33,121 bases of DNA from Candidatus Caenarcanales bacterium (GTDB lineage Bacteria > Cyanobacteriota > Vampirovibrionia > Caenarcaniphilales > Caenarcanaceae), in assembly GCA_033761855.1 (NCBI GenBank), contig JANRMG010000072.1, forward strand, positions 1-33,121. The letters run 5' to 3'. Made by a program: the position numbers and the translations under genes. Positions within the stretch are counted from its first letter, which is position 1; each line of letters starts with the position of its first letter. Positions 7,294 to 13,617 of this stretch are shown here, in pieces. The notes under the pieces are model-generated. The model searched no databases, was not told the origin of the DNA, and saw only the letters and a program-made list of their open reading frames with translations.

Positions 7294-7845
7294 CTATTGC
7301 CCTCCAACCAAACTCCAAGCGGCAAGAGTCTTAGCATCATGAATCTCAAAGTTTTTAATCTTTTGGGCCAATTCCTCTTTGCTCATTAAAACTGGTTTTA
7401 CAAACTCGTCCTCGTCCGGGTTTTGCTCTCCCTCTTCTAGTCCTTTTGCCACATACATGTATAATTTTTCGCTGCAAAAGCCAGGAGCAGTATAAATAAA
7501 CCCAAGAGGCTCAATTGAAGCAGCGCGATAACCCGTTTCTTCAGCCAGCTCACGATAAGCAGCTTTTAGTGGATCCTCGCCCGGATTTAGCCTTCCAGCA
7601 GGGAATTCCAAAAGTAAAGTTTCAATCGGGTAGCGGTATTGTTCTACCAAAACAAAGTGGCCCTCTTTGGTAATAGGCACTATAACAATGCCTCCAGCAT
7701 GTAGTATCACTTCTCGCTTGGCGCTTTTACCGTTCGGAAGAATGATTTCATCGACGACGGTTTCAACCACACTTCCCTTATGAATCGAGCGACGGGAGAT
7801 TTGTTTTTCGGTGAGGTCAGTTAGATTATGCATTTGCTTCCCCAA
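7294..7845 (-). CDS. NUDIX hydrolase, ADP-ribose pyrophosphatase-like
   Basis: Nudix box GRLNPGEDPLKAAYRELAEETGY. Overall layout resembles NudF/ADPRase. Confidence 0.85.
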   Translation of the reverse strand: MGKQMHNLTDLTEKQISRRSIHKGSVVETVVDEIILPNGKSAKREVILHAGGIVIVPITKEGHFVLVEQYRYPIETLLLEFPAGRLNPGEDPLKAAYRELAEETGYRAASIEPLGFIYTAPGFCSEKLYMYVAKGLEEGEQNPDEDEFVKPVLMSKEELAQKIKNFEIHDAKTLAAWSLVGGQ

Positions 7846-8101
7846 GAAACTGTTCTATTAGTTTAATTGCTTCCCAAGATAGATTGCCGGAAGAACAAAC
7901 AAAGTGATACTCACTGTCTTTTTTAACCGAACAACTACCACTAGAATACCAGTGAACCTGGACTCCATTTTGTTCTAAAAAGTATTTTTCTCTAACAGTA
8001 TTAATTAGCCTTTTAAACAATTCTTCAGATTTCAAAAACTTCTTTTTTGTTGAATTATAAAAAATTCTTGACCTACTAATAAAAGAAACTTGAGAAAGCA
8101 T
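7826..8101 (-). CDS. hypothetical small protein (91 aa) between fmt and the NUDIX gene
   Basis: Only an ORF in operon position, overlapping the NUDIX start. No motif recognised. Confidence 0.4.
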   Translation of the reverse strand: MLSQVSFISRSRIFYNSTKKKFLKSEELFKRLINTVREKYFLEQNGVQVHWYSSGSCSVKKDSEYHFVCSSGNLSWEAIKLIEQFLGEANA

Positions 8102-8180
8102 AATTTAATAATATTGATATACTAAAAATTTACCTTAAAAGTTAATTGATATTACAAATTTTTAAAATATTTATTAATTT

Positions 8181-9179
8181 TTATTCAAATCTTAAATCTT
8201 CCGGTTTAACTTTCAATCCTCTCAACCAATCTGCCGCCCGCATCTTTGATTTATTTGGCGGCTGTACCGCTCCGATTGAAATTGATCCGTTTTTGAGTTC
8301 AAGGAAAATCTTTCCACTTTGATTGTCAGAGTATAAAGCCTCACCCCCGGCCCCTCTCCAATTTGGAGAAGGGAGGGAGCGACTATCAGGAGCGGGAGGG
8401 GAGAGGCCTACCTCAAAAATCTTCAGGGCCTGCCCCGTTGTACTTTCATAAACACTAAGTCCGGGCCAAGGGCTCAAGGCTTTTTCTTTTCTAATTAATT
8501 CTTCAGGATCTTTAATTTCCGAAAATTTTATTTGGCCCATTTCCTTGGTGATTTTGGAAGCGTAAGTTGCAAGACTATCATCTTGATTTTGTGGAGTTAA
8601 TTTAGCTTGTTTTTTTAGTTCTATAGTTTCAAGCAACAAATCCGCTCCGACCTCAGAGAGCTTAACTAATAAAGTCTCTGCATTGTCTTCTTCAAGAATT
8701 GGGATTGAACGTTTAGTTAAAATTGGGCCTGTGTCCAAACCTTTTTCGGTCATCATAATGGTGATTCCGGTTTCTTTATCACCTTCCAATAAAGCCCACT
8801 GTATCGGAGCGGCGCCTCTCCACCGAGGTAAGAGTGAAGCGTGAATATTCCAGATTCCCCATTTAGGAATATCAATAATTTCCTGGCTCAAAATTTGCCC
8901 AAAAGCAGCCGTGATCATTAAATCTGGTTTAATTTCCTTTAATAGTTCTAGAGCTTCCTGGTCTTTACTAATTTTTTCGGGCTGTTTTATTGTTAAATTT
9001 TTTTCCAGAGCTAACTTTTTGACTGGACATTCAATTGTCTTATGTCCCCGTCCCGATGGTCTATCCGGCTGAGTAACAACCAAAGGTATTTTAAAGCCAT
9101 TTTCAATTAATTTCTTTAGCGGCAAGACCGCGAAATCGGGAGTTCCAAGAAAAACAATTTTAAGATCGGAATTTTTCAT
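8181..9179 (-). CDS. fmt: methionyl-tRNA formyltransferase
   Basis: IVFLGTPDFAV, QPDRPSGRG, WNIHASLLPRWRGAAPIQ and TGITIM are canonical Fmt motifs. The C-terminal domain carries a GC-rich insert. Confidence 0.95.
   Translation of the reverse strand: MKNSDLKIVFLGTPDFAVLPLKKLIENGFKIPLVVTQPDRPSGRGHKTIECPVKKLALEKNLTIKQPEKISKDQEALELLKEIKPDLMITAAFGQILSQEIIDIPKWGIWNIHASLLPRWRGAAPIQWALLEGDKETGITIMMTEKGLDTGPILTKRSIPILEEDNAETLLVKLSEVGADLLLETIELKKQAKLTPQNQDDSLATYASKITKEMGQIKFSEIKDPEELIRKEKALSPWPGLSVYESTTGQALKIFEVGLSPPAPDSRSLPSPNWRGAGGEALYSDNQSGKIFLELKNGSISIGAVQPPNKSKMRAADWLRGLKVKPEDLRFE
8339..8412. repeat. GC-rich nested imperfect palindrome embedded in frame in fmt
   Basis: 49 of 74 nt are G+C by my count, in an AT-rich gene. 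The left half is C-rich and the right half G-rich. Inner hairpin CCCTCTCC aattt GGAGAAGGG; outer arms CCTCACCCC / GGGGAGAGG. Encodes GLSPPAPDSRSLPSPNWRGAGGEA. Confidence 0.6.
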
Positions 9180-9276
9180 AATTGTTATGTCAATCTTTTG
9201 TCCTAGTTTCGAAATTTTTTATAAAATTAGAAGAGCACTTGAGAGGCAATTAATTTAATACCAAATTAATACGTTT

Positions 9277-10218
9277 TTGTCTTTTGTGTGTTTTGTTCAT
9301 TTTTCAATTAACTCTGAGGAATCATTAATGACAAATAACTTTCTTAAGTCTGTCGCTTTGATTTCCTGTTTTTGTCTTTTGCTTGGTGGTTTTAGCCATC
9401 AAGCCGAAGCAAAGGCAGAAAATTCAAAACCTACTAAAGCTTCTGCACAAGCTACAAATTCTAACGATGCCGAATACGTAAAGTGCCTGAAAGAAAAAGG
9501 CATAACAATGTATGGAACCAGCTGGTGCCCGCATTGTAACCACCAAAAAGAAATTTTTGGAGAATTATTTAGTTATGTTAACTATGTTGATTGCGATGAG
9601 CAATCCGAAATCTGCACCCAAAAAGGAATTACCGGTTACCCAACCTGGTTACTACCAGATGGTAAAGAAATTGCCGCTGGAAGCATTCAAAAAGTTGCTC
9701 AAGCTTCTGGTTGTTCTATAGAAGGTACTTCTACTTCAACAATAAATAGCTCTGAGAATATCCCTGCTCAAGCTCCAACTGCTAAAGCACAATACAAAAA
9801 AGCTCAAGTAAAGAATAAAGCTGAACAGCAAGCACAACCCATTGCTGCCGATCCAGAAAAACAAGCAATTAGAGAAGCTTATGCTAAATGCTTAAAAGAT
9901 AAGAATGTAAAAATGTATGGCTTAAGTCACTGCCCTCACTGCAAAGCCCAGAAAAAAGAGTTTGGTGATTTATTCCAATATGTAAACTACATTGAGTGCG
10001 ATAAGCCTGTAGAAAGATGTTTGGAAGCCAGTAAAAAAGGTAAAGGCTATCCAACTTGGTTAACAGAAGATGGCAAAAAGATTGAACCAGGTTCAGTTGA
10101 AGAAGTTGCTATCGATGCTGGCTGTAAAGTTGATGCTTCCAACGTGATTCCTGCTAAAAATAATTCTTCAAACGATGATGTTTTAAAGGATATCGATAAC
10201 GTTCAAAGTCCATACTAA
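9277..10218 (+). CDS. secreted protein with two tandem VKOR-type thioredoxin-like domains (CPHC); real start probably ATG 9328
   Basis: GAGGA SD 7 nt before ATG 9328, then a signal peptide (MTNNFLKSVALISCFCLLLGGFSHQAEA). Two ~80-aa repeats each carry MYG..(W/H)CPHC...FG.LF.YVNY(V/I)(D/E)CD...GYPTWL and a C-terminal GC. Confidence 0.75.
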   Translation: MSFVCFVHFSINSEESLMTNNFLKSVALISCFCLLLGGFSHQAEAKAENSKPTKASAQATNSNDAEYVKCLKEKGITMYGTSWCPHCNHQKEIFGELFSYVNYVDCDEQSEICTQKGITGYPTWLLPDGKEIAAGSIQKVAQASGCSIEGTSTSTINSSENIPAQAPTAKAQYKKAQVKNKAEQQAQPIAADPEKQAIREAYAKCLKDKNVKMYGLSHCPHCKAQKKEFGDLFQYVNYIECDKPVERCLEASKKGKGYPTWLTEDGKKIEPGSVEEVAIDAGCKVDASNVIPAKNNSSNDDVLKDIDNVQSPY

Positions 10219-10241
10219 GACCTTCTTGTCCGCCTTTTAGG

Positions 10242-10267
10242 CTTCTTTCTCCTGCAAAAGAAAGAAG
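10242..10267 (+). terminator. hairpin downstream of the thioredoxin-like gene
   Basis: CTTCTTTCT cctgcaaa AGAAAGAAG, a perfect 9-bp stem, but no U-tract directly after it. Confidence 0.3.
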
Positions 10268-10277
10268 AAAAATAAGT

Positions 10278-10316
10278 AAAAAAAGACTCCTTCGGAAAAT
10301 CGTTGGAGTCTTTTTT
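10278..10316. terminator. bidirectional rho-independent terminator between convergent genes
   Basis: AAAAAAAGACTCC ttcggaaaatcgtt GGAGTCTTTTTT: an A-run, a GC-containing stem, then a T-run. Confidence 0.7.
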
Positions 10317-10331
10317 ATTATTAAATTAAAA

Positions 10332-10370
10332 TCCCTTTGTTTCCTTGTGGGAGAAGGGTTGGGAACGAGG
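10332..10370 (+). repeat. possible degenerate relative of the fmt GC-rich element
   Basis: GGAGAAGGGTTGGGAACGAGG (10350-10370) matches the reverse complement of 8339-8359 at 15/21 positions without gaps. Preceded by a weak hairpin. Confidence 0.25.
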
Positions 10371-10373
10371 TAC

Positions 10374-11057
10374 TTACTTACTAGGAGTTATTTGAGTTGC
10401 TTTGGTAAATTTAAGAAGTAAAGTGTCGCCAGAGTTAATTACAACATCATCGCCTTTGCTTAAACCAGCACCGATTAAACCAACACCAGCGCCAATTCCA
10501 GCACCGATAGCAGTTGCTTTGCCACTAGCTCTTCCACCAATAGAGGAACCAATCAAACCACCAAGCGCACCAGTTGCAGCACCAGCAGCGGTCTTACCAG
10601 CAGCTTTGGCAACACGCTTTTTGTTAGCTTCGCCAACCAGAACTGTTCCTTCGCCATTTCTACTAATAAAGGCTTCGCCGGTCAAAGGAGTGGTTGAGCC
10701 ATCTGGATAAATAATGTTTACAGCTTTAAGCTGCATGGTTCCAGGCTTATCAAATCTTCTTTTAGGTTCGGTTACGCTAGAAACCACAAACTCAACTTTG
10801 GAACCAGCAGGAATTCCTTGAAGATTTTGATTTAAAGTTAAAATTCCGCGATCACCAACTCTTGAAGTTGAAGAGGTAAAACTACGATCAATTTTTCCGG
10901 GAGCAGATGCACCAGCTGAAATGTGAATGACTTCACCAGAGAGAACTTGTGTTCCAACGGGTTGGCTTTGTAATTGACCCTCAACAGAATAGGCGGCCAA
11001 ATTACAGGCAACAAGCACACAAAGTGTTAAAGAAGTAAAAAATTTTTTGTTTTTCAT
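10374..11057 (-). CDS. secreted protein with C-terminal glycine-zipper region
   Basis: Signal peptide MKNKKFFTSLTLCVLVACNLAAYS. The C-terminal Gly/Ala-rich stretch GALGGLIGSSIGG...AIGAGIGAGVGLIGAGL looks like a glycine zipper. Confidence 0.6.
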   Translation of the reverse strand: MKNKKFFTSLTLCVLVACNLAAYSVEGQLQSQPVGTQVLSGEVIHISAGASAPGKIDRSFTSSTSRVGDRGILTLNQNLQGIPAGSKVEFVVSSVTEPKRRFDKPGTMQLKAVNIIYPDGSTTPLTGEAFISRNGEGTVLVGEANKKRVAKAAGKTAAGAATGALGGLIGSSIGGRASGKATAIGAGIGAGVGLIGAGLSKGDDVVINSGDTLLLKFTKATQITPSK

Positions 11058-11250
11058 AACTGTAAAGATAGTCAGTTTGAGCTTTCAATAACCTAATTTA
11101 CCAGCAAAATTATTTTCTTGCTGATTGCTCAGCCGATTAGTTCTATCTAAACTTTGACTTAGTCTTAGTTAACTTAAAGAACTACCTTTTTGAAAGATAG
11201 ACTTTTAAACTAAATGCTTACACTTTTGATAATATATTTATCTGCTTAAT

Positions 11251-11326
11251 GCGTCCTTAGTTCAGTTGGTAGAACGCAGGTCTCCAAAACCTGATGTCGA
11301 GGGTTCGAGTCCTTCAGGGCGCGCCA
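11251..11326 (+). tRNA. trnW: tRNA-Trp (anticodon CCA), 3' CCA encoded
   Basis: Hand-folded cloverleaf: acceptor GCGTCCT/AGGGCGC, D arm GTTC-AGTTGGTA-GAAC, anticodon arm CAGGT-CTCCAAA-ACCTG, T arm GAGGG-TTCGAGT-CCTTC, discriminator G, CCA. Confidence 0.95.
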
Positions 11327-11339
11327 TATTTTATAATTT

Positions 11340-12122
11340 ATGAAAATTCCAATCTACCAAATTGATAACTTTACCGACAAAGTGTTTGGTGGAAATCCAG
11401 CGGCAGTTTGTCCTTTGGAACAATGGCTGCCTTCGGATTTAATGCAAAAAATTGCCGCCGAAAATAATTTATCTGAAACGGCTTTTTTTGTAAAAGAAGG
11501 TTCCAGCTATCGCATACGCTGGTTCACTCCAACTCAAGAGATTGACCTTTGCGGACACGCCACACTAGCTGCAGGATTCGTAATTTTTACTTTTTTAAAC
11601 CCATCTTTAAAAGAAGTTACTTTTCAGTCCCAAAGCGGACCTTTGCATGTTCTTAAACAAGAACAATTTTTATTCTTGGATTTCCCGAGCCGGGAAGGAA
11701 AACCAGTTGAGCCTCCGGAGGCTTTAATTGTTGGTTTAGGGAAAAAACCTTTGGAGACTTTTCTTTCTCGCGATTACTTGGTGATTTATTCTTCCGAAGC
11801 AGAAGTCAAAGAATTAAAACCTGACTTTAGAGCTTTAGCAGAAATCAAAGATTGTTTAGGAATAATTGCTTCTGCACCGGGAGGCAATTGTGATTTTGTA
11901 TCTCGTTTCTTCGCTCCCAATGCTGGAGTGGACGAAGACCCCGTCACTGGTTCGGCGCATTGTACTTTAATTCCTTATTGGTCGAAGAGGCTAAACAAAA
12001 AACAATTGTCGGCACAGCAGGTCTCTTTGCGGGGCGGTAACTTGGTCTGCGAAGATTTAAGCGAGCGGTTAAAAATCGGCGGTTCTTGTATCTGCTATTT
12101 GAGAGGGGAGATTGAGGTTTAG
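11340..12122 (+). CDS. PhzF-family isomerase/epimerase-like protein
   Basis: IYQIDNFTDKVFGGNPAAV, NLSETAFF, RWFTP..EIDLCGHATLA and DPVTGSAHC are typical PhzF-family motifs. Confidence 0.9.
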   Translation: MKIPIYQIDNFTDKVFGGNPAAVCPLEQWLPSDLMQKIAAENNLSETAFFVKEGSSYRIRWFTPTQEIDLCGHATLAAGFVIFTFLNPSLKEVTFQSQSGPLHVLKQEQFLFLDFPSREGKPVEPPEALIVGLGKKPLETFLSRDYLVIYSSEAEVKELKPDFRALAEIKDCLGIIASAPGGNCDFVSRFFAPNAGVDEDPVTGSAHCTLIPYWSKRLNKKQLSAQQVSLRGGNLVCEDLSERLKIGGSCICYLRGEIEV

Positions 12123-12136
12123 ACTAATACATTTTA

Positions 12137-12511
12137 TTAACTAAGCATGACTTGCTCTATACAATTAACTATGTATGAATTAATACTTTTACTCTGTTCC
12201 TTTGCTCTTTTGTAGATGAGTGCATGCTGAGCAGGGTTCAATCTTAAATTTAGTCGCCCGGAAAAATCACCGGGGCTTTCTAAAGCTTCTAAATAAAGAT
12301 GAAGATTTAATGAAAGACATTTAATGGCTTCTTCTGGAGACTTACCATGGCCGATAACATCGATATCATCTTCTTCAATTTCTGCATACCAAGTTTTATC
12401 TTCTTCATCAAAACTAAGTTTTATGTGGTACTTACTTAAGACCGAGTCTTTTGAGAACTTTGCCGACATACCCTTTTTTAACATATCGTTCCTTTCCATG
12501 CGGCTTAACAA
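12137..12511 (-). CDS. hicB: HicB-family antitoxin with C-terminal ribbon-helix-helix; likely true start ATG at 12469
   Basis: HicB-like N-domain (YHIKLSFDEEDKTWYAEI...GHGKSPEEAI) plus an RHH-like tail (GRLNLRLNPAQHALIYKRAKEQSKSINSYIV). The N-terminal 14 codons of the track ORF overlap the hicA remnant. Confidence 0.8.
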   Translation of the reverse strand: MLSRMERNDMLKKGMSAKFSKDSVLSKYHIKLSFDEEDKTWYAEIEEDDIDVIGHGKSPEEAIKCLSLNLHLYLEALESPGDFSGRLNLRLNPAQHALIYKRAKEQSKSINSYIVNCIEQVMLS

Positions 12512-12671
12512 TTACTAACGGTAAACAGCCTTGCTTTTTAAATGTGTAATGGCCACCTACTCTATTAAATATTTCAAAGCCTTAACTAAATAAAACTTTT
12601 TGCAAATCATCAAAACGCACTTGGCGAGGATTATCAATGATTTTGCTTAAAGCCTTATCTCTTTGATTCAT
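12432..12671 (-). pseudogene. hicA: HicA-family toxin gene interrupted by one in-frame TAA (codon 30)
   Basis: Hand translation: MNQRDKALSKIIDNPRQVRFDDLQKVLFS*GFEIFNRVGGHYTFKKQGCLPLVIVKPHGKERYVKKGYVGKVLKRLGLK*. The stop is at 12582-12584. Both halves stay in one frame and together resemble HicA. Confidence 0.7.
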
Positions 12672-12785
12672 ATTTTTATAGTACCACAATTGATGTTTTT
12701 AGTACCATTATCCACATAAAATCTCCTAAGGAACCTTTACATTTTAATGAATTCCCTCTTGATATAATCCCAATGAATAAAAACA

Positions 12786-13577
12786 TTGGAAAAAGCCAAA
12801 ACAATTAAGCCCGTGAGCGAAAAAATTTTTTTAGTTGCAACCTTCTATAAATTTACTACCCTCGATGATTATGAGCAACTAGCGCCAAAACTCAAAGATT
12901 TTATGCTGACCTACGATATTAAAGGCACCATCCTTTTGGCCTCCGAAGGCATTAACTCTACGGTTTCGGGAAGCAAAGAAGCAATTTATGCTTTGCTAGG
13001 GTTATTGCGGAAGGATTCTCGTCTCGCTGATATGCCCCACAAAGAGGCTTTCTACAATAAACAAGTTTTTAAAAGAAGCAAAGTAAAGCTAAAGAAAGAA
13101 ATTGTTACTCTTGGACAAAATGCGGCTGGACGCAAAATTGATCCAAAATCTAAAGTTGGAAAATACGTTAAACCACAAGACTGGAACACACTTTTAGAGG
13201 ACCCGGATGTTTTAGTGATTGATACGAGAAACAACTTTGAAGTCAAAATGGGAAGCTTCAAAAACGCCATTAATCCTCACACCAAAAAGTTTAAAGAGAT
13301 TGCAAATTTTACCGAAGATATACTTAAGCCTGCGGTGCTTAAAAACAAAGCTTCCAAAAAAATTGCCATGTTTTGTACCGGAGGCATACGCTGCGAAAAA
13401 TACTCTTCTTACCTTTTAGAAAATTTTGAAAAAGAGGGCTTCGATGAAATTTATCATCTTGAAGGAGGAATTCTAAAGTATCTTGAAGAAGTGCCTCAAG
13501 AAGAAAGCCTATGGAAGGGCGATTGCTTTGTTTTTGATGAAAGAGAGAAAGTGAATCACAGAGATTATCAGTATTAA
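12786..13577 (+). CDS. trhO: rhodanese-domain tRNA U34 hydroxylase TrhO (YceA/UPF0176 family)
   Basis: N-terminal VATFYKF and a rhodanese active-site loop FCTGGIRCEK. TTG start. Confidence 0.85.
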   Translation: MEKAKTIKPVSEKIFLVATFYKFTTLDDYEQLAPKLKDFMLTYDIKGTILLASEGINSTVSGSKEAIYALLGLLRKDSRLADMPHKEAFYNKQVFKRSKVKLKKEIVTLGQNAAGRKIDPKSKVGKYVKPQDWNTLLEDPDVLVIDTRNNFEVKMGSFKNAINPHTKKFKEIANFTEDILKPAVLKNKASKKIAMFCTGGIRCEKYSSYLLENFEKEGFDEIYHLEGGILKYLEEVPQEESLWKGDCFVFDEREKVNHRDYQY

Positions 13578-13617
13578 AATTCAAATCCAAAATTAATCTT
13601 ATTCTCTGGTTATCATT

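Noticed and set aside
10402-10710. 102-aa Pro/Ala-rich plus-strand ORF (and the 10838-11020 minus-strand nested ORF)
   Set aside because: It is the mirror image of the Gly/Ala-rich glycine-zipper coding region (GGN/GCN codons read as NCC/NGC). It is a compositional artefact.
11190-11250. Tried to call a sigma-70 promoter for tRNA-Trp (TTGAAA / TTACAC with TATATT-like hexamers)
   Set aside because: Every -35/-10 pairing had spacers of 6-15 nt, far from 17. AT-rich DNA gives many TATA-like hexamers by chance.
12324-12518. 64-aa plus-strand ORF antisense to hicB, and similar nested ORFs listed in the track (418-603, 1360-1557, 2524-2769, 2916-3113, 5953-6270, 6491-6676, 9512-9721, 13052-13590 group, 14638-14865, 15897-16088, 16306-16871 group, 17338-18116 group, 19271-19846 group, 25024-25478 group, 26032-26232, 26884-27069, 29587-29793, 31231-31503, 32205-32486)
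   Set aside because: All lie inside or antisense to longer ORFs with recognisable protein-family motifs. None has an independent motif or a convincing ribosome-binding site.
12582-12584. Possibility that the in-frame TAA in hicA reflects stop-codon reassignment
   Set aside because: TAA terminates many clearly complete genes in this window (for example rsgA, the LCP gene and the glycine-zipper gene). A nonsense mutation or sequencing error is far more likely.
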